64,000 nt of DNA, taken from a virus. The notes below the pieces were generated by a model, which saw nothing but the letters and a program-made list of their open reading frames with translations, did no database searches and had not been told where the DNA came from. Below are positions 1-9,826 of the stretch, in pieces. Location: the IMG/VR virus record IMGVR_UViG_3300015360_003300, positions 7,550-71,549 of that record; one strand, 5' to 3'. Position 1 is the first letter of the stretch. Each line of letters starts with the position of its first letter. Made by a program: the position numbers and the translations under genes.

Positions 1-2
1 AA

Positions 3-506
3 TACGGTATTTCAAAACTTCAAGATTTTGTAGGGTTAATAGAAATTTTTAAGAGTGGGTTTGAAATAAAGATGGCACCTGAAATAGCATCAATAAGTTC
101 AAATGAAAATTACCTTGATTATTACGGAGCAGATATATCAAAAATAAAGCGAGGCGAAGATGGCGATGTTGACTCACCTATTCTTTCAACTCTAACTTGT
201 GATTCGTCGTTTAAAGAATTTTTAATTGCTGCTGGAAAACTTGACCATAAACATATAATATTTAAAAGCAACACATCACAAAATTTTATAACTCTTACGG
301 TAGCAGATAAAGATGTTCGTGGTAATAGTTTTATAAAGAAAATACCTGTTCAAGTTACATCGGATTTTAAGGTAGTAATTAATAAGGAACACTTTGGAAA
401 TGTTCTTTCAGTAGGAACATTATTCAATATTTATCACGAAGTAATACAACTTAAAAAAACCGAAAATCTTTATAACATAGAATATTTTATTCGTACCCTC
501 ATATAA
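3..506 (+). CDS. gp45: DNA polymerase sliding clamp (T4 gp45-like), 5'-truncated by window edge
   Basis: Frame is open from nt 3 (YGISKLQDFVGLIEIF, resembling the gp45 FGIYDLxxFL segment); directly upstream of clamp loader as in T4-like phages. Confidence 0.7.
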   Translation, partial: YGISKLQDFVGLIEIFKSGFEIKMAPEIASISSNENYLDYYGADISKIKRGEDGDVDSPILSTLTCDSSFKEFLIAAGKLDHKHIIFKSNTSQNFITLTVADKDVRGNSFIKKIPVQVTSDFKVVINKEHFGNVLSVGTLFNIYHEVIQLKKTENLYNIEYFIRTLI

Positions 507-517
507 GGAATCTGTTC

Positions 518-1441
518 ATGACAATTAGTGATAGCCCATGGGTCCAAAAATACAAACCAAAAAATTTAGATGATGTTATCGGTGATCCGATAATGCTCGC
601 TAAGTTTAAGGAATTTATAGATAATAAAACACTACAACATTTACTTTTTTGTGGTCGTCCAGGCACAGGAAAAAGTACATGTGCTAAATTGATTGCCAAA
701 GCAATCACAGACGAAGGAAATATACTTTATATAAATGCATCACAAGAAAAAGGTGTTGATGTAATTCGTAATAAAGTTGATTCGTTTTGTTCGATGGCAT
801 CGTTTGGAGGACTTCGGGTTGTTATCTTTGATGAGTTTGATGGTATGACGTGGCAAGCAATGGAAACTATGCGTAACACCATGGAAGAATATATTGATAA
901 CAGTAGATTCATTCTTACATGTAACTACGAAAAGAAAATAATTGAACCAATCAAGTCACGATGTCAGACGTTTACTTTTACAGCAGATGAAAAAACACTT
1001 AAATTATCTGTTATAAGGCGGTGTGCCGAGATTCTCAGACAAGAAGGTATAACTTCACCAAATTTAAAAAATGATTTACTTAAATTAATAAACAAATATC
1101 ATCCAGATATTCGTCGCACTATCAACGCATTACAAAAACTTACTATTGGTGGCATCTTTCAATATAAAGATGATCTTGAAGGAGATGCAATTGAAAATAA
1201 GTTAATTCAATATATACAAGAAATGAATGTTAAGGCAATTAGGCAAGAAATAGTTGGTAATGCAGACTATAATGATTTATATAAAATACTATTTAATAGA
1301 GCATCTGATATAAAAAATGAAAAGAAGTTGAATATTATGCTGGCGGTAGGAGATGCCGCCCGATGGCATTCAATTGTTATTGATCCTGAAATAAACTTTA
1401 TTACATGTGTAATTTCTATTTGCAAGGAGATTTGTGAATAA
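518..1441 (+). CDS. gp44: Clamp loader ATPase subunit (T4 gp44 / RFC small subunit)
   Basis: PWVQKYKP, Walker A GRPGTGKS, INAS, DEFD Walker B, FILTCNY, SRC motif, DPEIN. Confidence 0.95.
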   Translation: MTISDSPWVQKYKPKNLDDVIGDPIMLAKFKEFIDNKTLQHLLFCGRPGTGKSTCAKLIAKAITDEGNILYINASQEKGVDVIRNKVDSFCSMASFGGLRVVIFDEFDGMTWQAMETMRNTMEEYIDNSRFILTCNYEKKIIEPIKSRCQTFTFTADEKTLKLSVIRRCAEILRQEGITSPNLKNDLLKLINKYHPDIRRTINALQKLTIGGIFQYKDDLEGDAIENKLIQYIQEMNVKAIRQEIVGNADYNDLYKILFNRASDIKNEKKLNIMLAVGDAARWHSIVIDPEINFITCVISICKEICE

Positions 1442-2349
1442 TGTTAGACTTTTTTAAAGTATTATTTGGTTCAAAGAAACTTATAATTCCTCTTAAAGAT
1501 AAAGACGAAGACGAAGAAAAATCGTTGGTAAATTTATCATCAAATGATAATATAAACTTGCCAATAATCCCACCAAAACCAAATATTATATCTAAACCAC
1601 AAAAACCATTAGCGGTTACAAAGAAAACTGATATAATAGATACAACAATAAAGGATATCATTATGTCGGAAATATTTCTTGTGGTTATTGATACAACAGG
1701 TAGAGTTGAAGCCAAAAACTTTCAACCTGGTGTTCAGAACTTTTACTTTGTTTTTGCTACAGACGAACAAACTGCTAAACATATTGTTCTTTCAACATTT
1801 AATAAACGCCCAGGTATGATGGACCAATTAGTTAATGGAACAAAAGCAACAAGACTACAATCTATTGTTAAAAATATGGGTCAAGGGTCTAATTTTTGGA
1901 CATATGTACCGTTTGGTGGTCAACGTCAACCAGGGCAACAAGGTATCCCACCTTCTCCCGATAAACTTTTACGAAACAACGAATACGGGTCACCATCATC
2001 ACAAGCGTATGTTCCATCAGCACCAGTTGGTGGCGAAGAAATAACAGCGGACGATCTTCGTGGTGTTCAATTTAGTGGAGCAGATGGAAAGATTATGAAC
2101 AAGTTACGATCAGGAACGGGTGTATCCATTGACGAGGAAGCCCCACCGTTGAATCCTGAACAGCAAATAATGATGGGTGCTGTACAAGAGCAAAATAAGA
2201 TGCTTGCTGATCAGAATAAAGCCATGATGGAACAAATGACTACTATGATGGCACTCGTTAAAGCAACAGCATCACAAGTCGCTGTTGCTCCAAAGGGACG
2301 AAAAGCAAAAGTAATAGTTGAAGATCAATCAGATCAATCAGATCAATAA
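1441..2349 (+). CDS. Hypothetical protein, low complexity with C-terminal Q/M-rich coil; possible internal start at 1663
   Basis: 302-aa ORF coupled (TAATG) to gp44; SD-like AAGGAG before 1441 and AAGGA before 1663. Confidence 0.6.
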   Translation: MLDFFKVLFGSKKLIIPLKDKDEDEEKSLVNLSSNDNINLPIIPPKPNIISKPQKPLAVTKKTDIIDTTIKDIIMSEIFLVVIDTTGRVEAKNFQPGVQNFYFVFATDEQTAKHIVLSTFNKRPGMMDQLVNGTKATRLQSIVKNMGQGSNFWTYVPFGGQRQPGQQGIPPSPDKLLRNNEYGSPSSQAYVPSAPVGGEEITADDLRGVQFSGADGKIMNKLRSGTGVSIDEEAPPLNPEQQIMMGAVQEQNKMLADQNKAMMEQMTTMMALVKATASQVAVAPKGRKAKVIVEDQSDQSDQ

Positions 2350-2371
2350 CAAAATAACTAGTGAGGTTTAA

Positions 2372-2803
2372 GTGGAAAAACGTGAAGGGTTAAAGAAAAA
2401 AGATAAGCCTAAATCTACTGCTTTGTTTGATGTATTAAGAGATATAAAAACAAAGAAACAGGGTAATTTGTTGGATGTTGAAGGAAGCGAATGTGAATCT
2501 GTATATAATAACTTTATAGCCTCTCGCTTTTTGTCTATGAATAATGATTTATGTCCATTAGTTAACTGTGTTAATCACTTACAAGATGTTTTTGATAAGA
2601 AAAACTTTTATAAATTATTAATTGAGTTAATTCCACAAACAACATCATTTGATCCATATATAAAACAACAAATTGCTGGGGAGGAATATGAAGAGGATGT
2701 ATCACAATATTACGAATGCTCTTTAAAAGAAGCTAGAGAATACATAAAACTTATGGGCATTGAATGGGCAAACCAAGTTCACAAATCTTTTGGAGGCAGG
2801 TAA
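2372..2803 (+). CDS. gp62: Clamp loader small subunit (T4 gp62-like)
   Basis: YNNFIASRFLSM...VN and YYECSLKEAREY pattern; position before regA. Confidence 0.8.
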   Translation: MEKREGLKKKDKPKSTALFDVLRDIKTKKQGNLLDVEGSECESVYNNFIASRFLSMNNDLCPLVNCVNHLQDVFDKKNFYKLLIELIPQTTSFDPYIKQQIAGEEYEEDVSQYYECSLKEAREYIKLMGIEWANQVHKSFGGR

Positions 2804-3219
2804 TGATTACAGTTGCAGATATGGGTATTAAAGTTGAATTGTTAACCGAATATTCGGTTATATGCGAAACATTAGAGCGAGTTGGTATCATTAACCATGA
2901 CAGTAAAAAGATTTACCCCTCGTGTTATTGTTTTAAAGTTGAAAAAGATGGAAATATAGAGTATCGTATTTGTCACTTTAAGGAGTTGTTTGTTCTCCAA
3001 GGTAAACCAAGTACATATAGTAAAATTGATCAACTTCGTTTAAAAACAATTGTATATTTTTTAAAGAAATGGAATTTAATTACTATTGAAGGCTCTATTG
3101 ACGAGATTCTAAAAGAGAAGATTGATGTAGTGAAATATAGCGAGAAGCGTAATTACAAAATCGTTCATAAATTTCGGCACGATTTAAATAATACAACAAC
3201 TACAGAAATACCTGCTTGA
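2803..3219 (+). CDS. regA: Translational repressor RegA
   Basis: ETLERVGI...KKIYPSC...YRICHFKELF..G...WNLI motifs; ATG at 2803 overlaps the gp62 stop. Confidence 0.9.
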   Translation: MITVADMGIKVELLTEYSVICETLERVGIINHDSKKIYPSCYCFKVEKDGNIEYRICHFKELFVLQGKPSTYSKIDQLRLKTIVYFLKKWNLITIEGSIDEILKEKIDVVKYSEKRNYKIVHKFRHDLNNTTTTEIPA

Positions 3220-3243
3220 TTTTTTTATCTGTTCTCATATAAT
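3216..3243 (+). promoter_or_regulatory. sigma70-like promoter TTGATT-N16-TATAAT
   Basis: Upstream of strong SD AAGGAGG and ATG 3263. Confidence 0.55.
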
Positions 3244-3262
3244 ATATTAACAAGGAGGAATC

Positions 3263-3598
3263 ATGGGAAGAAAAGAACGCGACCCGTCAACGGATGTGCC
3301 CGCCGACGAAGCAACAAAACCACAGAAGCCGAAGAAGGCTTACGAAATTACAATAACTGTATGGGATGATGGTGAAATATCAAATAAACTCGTAGAATTC
3401 GTTAAAAAGGAACGTGGCGCACCTGAAAAATGGCTACGTACTCCTGACAAATTTAACGAATCAATCAAGAAGAACATTTCAGAAAACCCAATTGTTCTTT
3501 TAGATAAACTTGCAGAGTGCCTTAACATCAACCTTTCAGTTTTGCTCTCATCTCGTAAGGATTCAACTCCAAAGATTGAAGACTCTACAAAGAACTAA
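3263..3598 (+). CDS. Hypothetical protein
   Basis: 111-aa ORF with AAGGAGG SD. Confidence 0.75.
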   Translation: MGRKERDPSTDVPADEATKPQKPKKAYEITITVWDDGEISNKLVEFVKKERGAPEKWLRTPDKFNESIKKNISENPIVLLDKLAECLNINLSVLLSSRKDSTPKIEDSTKN

Positions 3599-3600
3599 TT

Positions 3601-3990
3601 ATGGAAATTTACGTAGACTTTGACGGAACTATTACTGATCCTAATTTAGAATTTTCTGAAGCAATTCAAAAAGATCCACAACCTGGTTGTGTTGAAGTTC
3701 TACGTAAGTTATATGATGCGGGACATACTATAACTATTTATAGTTGTCGTTCAAATCCAGAAGTAGTAGGAACTGTTAAACGTCAGTTATTAGCGTTCCA
3801 CCCAACTGCCCTTGAGAAACAATGGGCATCACAAACTCTTGAAGAGGAAATGGTTGGCTACCTTAAATTTTATAATATTCCATATAATAACATAATTAAT
3901 AATAAACCACATTACCATATTATCATTGATGATCGGGCGATGAATCCAAAAGATGGTTGGAATAATATTCTAAACTCAATACCCCACTAA
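3601..3990 (+). CDS. HAD-superfamily phosphatase (small, cap-less)
   Basis: N-terminal DFDGT motif I, YSCR motif II, KP..IIIDDRA motifs III/IV. Confidence 0.85.
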   Translation: MEIYVDFDGTITDPNLEFSEAIQKDPQPGCVEVLRKLYDAGHTITIYSCRSNPEVVGTVKRQLLAFHPTALEKQWASQTLEEEMVGYLKFYNIPYNNIINNKPHYHIIIDDRAMNPKDGWNNILNSIPH

Positions 3991-3994
3991 AAAT

Positions 3995-4264
3995 ATGAAA
4001 AAGAAAATTACCAAGAAAAAGACTCTTAATATTGAAACTACACAATTGCGGAATATTGTTCTCCGACTTTTGGAGAATTTTGCTCACCAAGGAAAATCTA
4101 TTGGATTTGCTGATTCAGTAGAAATTACGGAATTGGTAAGTAGCCTTGAAGCTGATCCAACTCAATGGTTTATTATTGGTATGCAACTTATGCAAGTTGG
4201 TTTAATTTCCAAACAGCATTGGGAAATACTTCAAGGTATCCAGACGAAAGTTACAAGTAAATGA
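3995..4264 (+). CDS. Hypothetical protein
   Basis: 89-aa ORF tightly packed in operon. Confidence 0.65.
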   Translation: MKKKITKKKTLNIETTQLRNIVLRLLENFAHQGKSIGFADSVEITELVSSLEADPTQWFIIGMQLMQVGLISKQHWEILQGIQTKVTSK

Positions 4265-4794
4265 TAATTAGATCACCCAACTATCTTCCACATCAACGGG
4301 TGAATAGTATAGTTCCCCGTTCAGTTTTTCTAGCCGGTTCAATTGAACAAGGTGTTTGTGAAAACTGGCAATCCAAATTTGAAAGATATCTCGATGAGCG
4401 CAATGTAATTGTATTCAATCCGCGTAGAGATGATTGGGATTCGTCATGGAAACAAGAAGTATCTGATCCTCGTTTTAACGAACAAGTGTCTTGGGAAATG
4501 ATAGCATTAGAAATTGCAGAAGTCATTATTATGTATCTTGATCCGCTTACTAAGTCACCTATAAGTCTGTTAGAACTCGGTTTACACGCAAACTCTAAAA
4601 AGATTATTGTTGGTTGCCCGGATGGATTCTATCGTAAGGGTAACGTTGAAATGGTGTGTAATCGCTTTGAGATACCATTTTTCACTGGCCCAAAAGATAT
4701 AGTACATAAAAACCTTATTAACTCTATATCAAGCCGACTTCCTTATATTCAAATAGCAAAACCACCGAAAAAGACTAGTACCTTAAATTTCTAA
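4261..4794 (+). CDS. Nucleoside 2-deoxyribosyltransferase-like protein
   Basis: SVFLAGSI...WQ...NPRRDDW...QVSWE...SPISLLELG signature. Confidence 0.85.
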   Translation: MIIRSPNYLPHQRVNSIVPRSVFLAGSIEQGVCENWQSKFERYLDERNVIVFNPRRDDWDSSWKQEVSDPRFNEQVSWEMIALEIAEVIIMYLDPLTKSPISLLELGLHANSKKIIVGCPDGFYRKGNVEMVCNRFEIPFFTGPKDIVHKNLINSISSRLPYIQIAKPPKKTSTLNF

Positions 4795-4817
4795 TTATAT
4801 TTTTAGACGGTATTTAT

Positions 4818-4825
4818 TATAAATA
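4818..4825 (+). promoter_or_regulatory. T4-type late promoter TATAAATA
   Basis: Exact gp55 consensus in the intergenic gap before the lipoprotein gene. Confidence 0.7.
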
Positions 4826-4844
4826 TACATATGAGGAATCTCCT

Positions 4845-5654
4845 ATGTTTAAAAAAATACTACTGACTTGTATCATACTACTTGCATTCGGTGGCTGCGC
4901 AAATAGAGAGGATTCAAAGACATCCAGCACCGATAATAAGGTTACTGAAAATGTTCCTAAACCAGTAGCCGAGAAGTCACCACAAGAACAAAAAATTGCG
5001 GATATTCAGAAAAAACTTGAGATAGTTGATAAAAAAATTATTGATTCACCCGGCAGTGTAGTAACACGACTAACTTATGAAAAAGAATCTCTGTCGCTTA
5101 AAGTTCAACTTGCAGAGGCGTATTCCCAGCAGTGGAAGGCAAACGCGATTGCGTATATGTCGCAGGTAAAAGATAAAGAAGTTGAACTTAAAAACGCTAA
5201 AATTGAAGCATGGCAAGTAAAGTTATGGGTGATGGCAGGGATATGTGGACTTATAGCAATAATCGCTGGTGGAGTAGCGATAGGATTTCCGCTTCTTCGA
5301 CCTGTGGCTGTTAAAGCTTCTGCAATAGTTGGTGGAGTTGCCGTAATAATGCTTATAGTCGCACAGTGCCTTCCAACTGTCGCATGGATGCTCGGAATAG
5401 TTCCTTATATACTTGGAGTTGCAGGTGTAGTAGTATTAATCTACTGTATATTTGCTTTACGAGAATGGTATCGTGACCACGTTGGGTTAGAACAAACAGT
5501 TGAGGGAATTGAAACAATTAAAGGTAAAATGTCTGGCTTTGGTGATCACATGCTTAAGTACGTGGACGGAGGAATGGTTGATCATATAAAAAATATCCGT
5601 GGTAAATTAAATAGTAAGAATAAACTTAAAGAAATTAGTAAACCAAAAAAATAA
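4845..5654 (+). CDS. Lipoprotein with coiled coil and three C-terminal hydrophobic segments (candidate lysis/spanin-like)
   Basis: MFKK + hydrophobic core + lipobox LAFGG-C18; heptad region; hydrophobic stretches about aa 127-206. Confidence 0.7.
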   Translation: MFKKILLTCIILLAFGGCANREDSKTSSTDNKVTENVPKPVAEKSPQEQKIADIQKKLEIVDKKIIDSPGSVVTRLTYEKESLSLKVQLAEAYSQQWKANAIAYMSQVKDKEVELKNAKIEAWQVKLWVMAGICGLIAIIAGGVAIGFPLLRPVAVKASAIVGGVAVIMLIVAQCLPTVAWMLGIVPYILGVAGVVVLIYCIFALREWYRDHVGLEQTVEGIETIKGKMSGFGDHMLKYVDGGMVDHIKNIRGKLNSKNKLKEISKPKK

Positions 5655-5672
5655 CTTAATTAATATTTTTAT

Positions 5673-5708
5673 AAACTCTACTAACGTTAGTGTTAGTAGA
5701 GTTTTTTT
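5673..5708 (+). terminator. Rho-independent terminator
   Basis: 13-bp stem AAACTCTACTAAC/GTTAGTAGAGTTT, 6-nt loop, T run. Confidence 0.85.
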
Positions 5709-5721
5709 CGTTTATTGGCAA

Positions 5722-5749
5722 TTGACTTTGTTATGTTATTAAATATAAT
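5722..5749 (+). promoter_or_regulatory. sigma70-like promoter TTGACT-N16-TATAAT (thyA, probably leaderless)
   Basis: Near-consensus boxes; ATG begins 7 nt after the -10 box; no SD. Confidence 0.65.
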
Positions 5750-5755
5750 AATGAT

Positions 5756-6730
5756 ATGAACAAAATTACCGATGAAGAATTTTCAGTTATTGAAAGACTT
5801 CGCAAGGAAAAGCAACATGAAGAATACCAATATCTTCATCTTCTTCAAAATATACTTAATGATGGTACAGTTAAAGGTGATAGAACTGGTGTGGGCACTA
5901 AGAGTATATTTGGTACACACCTTAAATTTGATTTATCAAAGTCAATTCCCGTATTAACAACGAAAAAAGTTTATTGGAAAGGTGTTGTTGAGGAACTGTT
6001 GTGGTTCATTAGGGGAGAAACAGATTCAAAGAAACTTGAAGTTAATGGTGTGAATATCTGGAAGGGAAATACATCAAGAGAATTTTTAGATAAGAAGGGA
6101 TTAGATTATTATCCAGAAGGTGAGATTGGACCAGGGTACGGATTTCAATGGAGACATTGGGGGGCTGATTACGAGGGAGTAAAAAGGTCACTTAAAGTCA
6201 CTCCAAATGATTATTTTTATAGAATATCAAAGTGTCAGTTTAACAACGGTATAGATCAACTATCCAAAGTAGTTGACACAATTAATAATAACCCAAATGA
6301 TCGGCGTATTATTGTATCTGCGTGGAACGTTGCTGAAATTGATATGATGGCACTTCCACCATGTCACCTTTTGATGCAATTTGACGTAACAGATAGAAAA
6401 CTTAATTGTCAATGGTATCAACGTAGCGTAGATTCTTTTCTTGGATTACCATTCAATATTAGCTCGTATGCCCTTCTAGTTTGCCTTTTAGCCAAGATTA
6501 CTAAATTACAACCGGGAACATTGACTTTTTCTGGTGGCGACACACATGTATATACTAATCATATTGACCAATGTAAAGAACAGATTTCACGAACACCCTT
6601 TGCATTTCCACAACTTAACATCACAAAAGATATTAAGACACTTGAAGATATTGAAAACCTCCAATTTGAAGATATTGAATTAATTGGATATCAATGTCAC
6701 CCAGCTATTAAAGCATCCATGGCAGTTTAA
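5756..6730 (+). CDS. thyA: Thymidylate synthase
   Basis: DRTGVGT, EELLWF, YGFQWR, MALPPCH, YQRSVD..LGLPFN, HVYTNH. Confidence 0.97.
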   Translation: MNKITDEEFSVIERLRKEKQHEEYQYLHLLQNILNDGTVKGDRTGVGTKSIFGTHLKFDLSKSIPVLTTKKVYWKGVVEELLWFIRGETDSKKLEVNGVNIWKGNTSREFLDKKGLDYYPEGEIGPGYGFQWRHWGADYEGVKRSLKVTPNDYFYRISKCQFNNGIDQLSKVVDTINNNPNDRRIIVSAWNVAEIDMMALPPCHLLMQFDVTDRKLNCQWYQRSVDSFLGLPFNISSYALLVCLLAKITKLQPGTLTFSGGDTHVYTNHIDQCKEQISRTPFAFPQLNITKDIKTLEDIENLQFEDIELIGYQCHPAIKASMAV

Positions 6731-6742
6731 CAAAGGAAAAAA

Positions 6743-7012
6743 ATGAGATACGACCCAATAAATATAAAACACCGTGATCTTCTCCTAGCACATGCTTCGC
6801 TTGATGGCGATGATTGCCCAGTTGATGATTTGATTGACTCTATACCTAACATAATATCGTATATACGGTCCCTAGAAGAGTCTGTTAGAGTATATAAAAG
6901 CAATAATCAGCAACTATCTTCTGAACTTGCTGATGCTCGTCGGAAGATTAATAACATCAAGAGTCAAAAATTCCGTATTGCTAAAAAGCGCGGAAAGACA
7001 TTACATAACTAA
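6743..7012 (+). CDS. Hypothetical coiled-coil protein
   Basis: 89-aa ORF with AAGGA SD. Confidence 0.65.
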   Translation: MRYDPINIKHRDLLLAHASLDGDDCPVDDLIDSIPNIISYIRSLEESVRVYKSNNQQLSSELADARRKINNIKSQKFRIAKKRGKTLHN

Positions 7013-7059
7013 TATTAATTAGCTGCTTCCCAAATTGACAATTGATGATAAAATAGTAC

Positions 7060-8118
7060 ATGAAGCTTCCACAACACATTATTAAAGAAATATTTTACAG
7101 AACTGCTAAAGCATGTGAAGTTGTAAAGACAAGTCATTTATTTTTACATCGTGGATGTTGTCCTTTGTGTAATGATCATACAAAACGGTTATATCTTAAA
7201 GAGTATACAGACCATTATCTAGTATATTGCCATAATTGTGGATACTCACATAAATTTGAAATATTTTTAAAGCAGAATTTTCCAGACGAGTATAAGAATC
7301 TTCGTCCATATGTTTTAAAATCAATGAGTGATGGGTCTGCGTTTAAAAGAACATCATTTAGACCACAAGTTATTAAAAACATGTCCGATACAGAGGTTAA
7401 TGCTAAACTCTCTATTTATCTTCCTAATGTTTCATTTAATGTTATGGACGAACAAGAAAATCAACGTCATGAGAAATATAGAGCATATTGTTTAAAGTAT
7501 CTTATAGACCGTCGTATACCAGAAAGTATCTTTAAAGATTTTTTGTGTATGCATGCTGGGCCACTTGCTGGATATGTTGGTATTCCATTCTATGATAAGA
7601 CAAAATCTAATATTATCCATGTTCAAGGTAGACTTGTACTTGCACGTAAGGGACAACATAAACAACAAAAGTATATGTTTATAAAAGATGAGAAATACGG
7701 AATAGAACTAGAAAATAAGCCAATATGGGGAACATGGCGTATTATAAAAGATTCACCGACTATCATATGTGAAGGAACATTAGATGCATGTGCATTTGAG
7801 AACAGTGTATCTACTTGTGGTGCTACAATGAGTGAATTCTTCATTAATAATGTTATTGACCAATTTCCACACCGCATATGGTGTGTTGATAATTATTGGA
7901 CAGATGAATCTGGACGAGATTTAACGAATAGGTTACTTGAACGCGGAGAATCTTGTTTTATCATTCCAAAAGATTTGATTGATATGAAGGATGCTAATGA
8001 TCTTATAAAAAAAGTATTTAAACATGAAACATATATACCATTAACATGGATTAATGCTAATATCTATGTAGGTAAACCTGGCCTAACTAAATTAAGAGTG
8101 CAACTTAAATCGCTTTAA
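7060..8118 (+). CDS. gp61: DNA primase (T4 gp61-like)
   Basis: Zn finger CPLC...CHNC, YLIDRRI, IPFYD...QGR, TOPRIM EGTLDA, VDN, KDAND. Confidence 0.9.
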   Translation: MKLPQHIIKEIFYRTAKACEVVKTSHLFLHRGCCPLCNDHTKRLYLKEYTDHYLVYCHNCGYSHKFEIFLKQNFPDEYKNLRPYVLKSMSDGSAFKRTSFRPQVIKNMSDTEVNAKLSIYLPNVSFNVMDEQENQRHEKYRAYCLKYLIDRRIPESIFKDFLCMHAGPLAGYVGIPFYDKTKSNIIHVQGRLVLARKGQHKQQKYMFIKDEKYGIELENKPIWGTWRIIKDSPTIICEGTLDACAFENSVSTCGATMSEFFINNVIDQFPHRIWCVDNYWTDESGRDLTNRLLERGESCFIIPKDLIDMKDANDLIKKVFKHETYIPLTWINANIYVGKPGLTKLRVQLKSL

Positions 8119-8159
8119 TTTTTTCTATTAAAATATTATATAATTAAATAGGAGAAATT

Positions 8160-9215
8160 ATGAAAAAGGCTTTTTTATCTGGCACAAATGGACAAGACGG
8201 ATCATATCTTGTAGAATTACTATTAGAAAAAGGATATGAAGTTCATGGAATTGTACGAAGATCATCAGTTTTTAATACACAACGAATAGATCATTTGATA
8301 AATAATCCTAAAATTTTTAATAAAACGTTTTTTACTCATTATAGTGATGTAACTGATCCCGTAAGTTTAAATAACTTAATGTCTACAATAAAACCCGACG
8401 AAGTTTATAATCTTGCGGCACAAAGCCACGTTAAAGTGAGTTTTGAGATTCCATATTATACTGGTCAAGTTGATGCCATAGGAACACTTAATATTCTTGA
8501 AGCGGTTAAAACAAACTGTCAAAATGCTAAAATATATCAAGCATCTACTTCGGAACTATATGGCGGGCTAGAGTATAATATGCCAAAGGGTGGATATACA
8601 GAAGAGTCACCATTTCATCCACGATCACCTTATGGTGTTGCTAAAATTTATGCATTTTGGATAACCAAGAATTATAGAGAAGCATATAATATGTTTGCGT
8701 GTAATGGAATATTATTTAATCACGAATCACCTCGTCGTGGTGACACTTTTGTAACAAAAAAGATAACTAATTGGTGTCAGCAACAGTTTTCAAACATTAG
8801 AGATAATAAAGAAGTTATACCATTAGAACTTGGAAATCTTGATGCATATCGTGACTGGGGTCATGCTAAAGATTACGTAGATGCAATGTATCGTATTCTA
8901 CAACAAGAAAAACCAGATGATTATGTTATAGCAACAGGAGAAACTCACACAGTAAAAGAATTTATTGAAAAATGTTTCCAAATTGGCAACAAAGATTATA
9001 AAACAGATACTAAAATTGAATGGCAAGGTATTGGTGATAATCAAAAAGGTTATTTAGATAACAAATTAGTCATTAAAGTAAACCCTAAATATTATCGTCC
9101 ATCAGAAGTAGAATATCTTTTAGGAAATCCAAAAAAATCTAATGAGAAACTTGGTTGGATTCCTAGTTACACCTTTGAGACACTTGTCGAAGACATGATG
9201 AAAATAACTTTATGA
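8160..9215 (+). CDS. gmd: GDP-mannose 4,6-dehydratase
   Basis: GQDGSYL, YNLAAQSHV..SF, QASTSELYG, PRSPYGVAK, FNHESPRRG.TFVT, GNLDA.RDWG. Confidence 0.97.
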   Translation: MKKAFLSGTNGQDGSYLVELLLEKGYEVHGIVRRSSVFNTQRIDHLINNPKIFNKTFFTHYSDVTDPVSLNNLMSTIKPDEVYNLAAQSHVKVSFEIPYYTGQVDAIGTLNILEAVKTNCQNAKIYQASTSELYGGLEYNMPKGGYTEESPFHPRSPYGVAKIYAFWITKNYREAYNMFACNGILFNHESPRRGDTFVTKKITNWCQQQFSNIRDNKEVIPLELGNLDAYRDWGHAKDYVDAMYRILQQEKPDDYVIATGETHTVKEFIEKCFQIGNKDYKTDTKIEWQGIGDNQKGYLDNKLVIKVNPKYYRPSEVEYLLGNPKKSNEKLGWIPSYTFETLVEDMMKITL

Positions 9216-9823
9216 AATATACAAACGAAGAACTTGAACAAATTTATAGTAAAGGTATGGACTATAAAATACAACAAAAAAAACCAGAATGGATGTGTTT
9301 ATTAAATCTTCTAAATTTAAAAAATATAGACAATATTTTGGAAATAGGTGCCAATACGGGAGGTAGTACAGTAACTTTATCACACTTTGCGAAGAAACTT
9401 GTAACAATTGACGTTATAAACCCACCATTATTTGATACTAACTCTATTAATAAATGCGAGTACAAATATTTGGCTGGAAATAGTCAGAGTGAAGATATGT
9501 TTGAACAAGTTAAAAAAGAATTTAACCAAGTTGATTTTCTTATGATAGATGGTGATCATTCACACCAAGGATCATATAATGATTATCTCATGTATAAAAA
9601 TTTAGTAAGACCTGGTGGTATGATAGCATTTCATGATATTATTGATTCTCCAAACCATCATATGCTCAGATGCTTTGTTGCAGATACATGGAAACTTGTT
9701 AAAAATGACCATAAAAATTTTAAAGAATTCATATATACCAATGATTTAACTCCACAAACACTTTCTGAAGCATATCATGAACCGTATTCGTGGGCTGGTG
9801 TTGGTGTGGTATATGTGGATTAA
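9212..9823 (+). CDS. Class I SAM-dependent methyltransferase (Methyltransf_24-like, probably glycan O-methylation)
   Basis: LEIGANTGGST; IDGDHS...PGGMIAFHD. Confidence 0.85.
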   Translation: MKYTNEELEQIYSKGMDYKIQQKKPEWMCLLNLLNLKNIDNILEIGANTGGSTVTLSHFAKKLVTIDVINPPLFDTNSINKCEYKYLAGNSQSEDMFEQVKKEFNQVDFLMIDGDHSHQGSYNDYLMYKNLVRPGGMIAFHDIIDSPNHHMLRCFVADTWKLVKNDHKNFKEFIYTNDLTPQTLSEAYHEPYSWAGVGVVYVD

Positions 9824-9826
9824 ACT

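Noticed and set aside
5756-6730. ThyA as a dCMP hydroxymethylase feeding DNA glycosylation
   Set aside because: It has the dUMP-specifying Asn (GLPFN) and full canonical ThyA motifs
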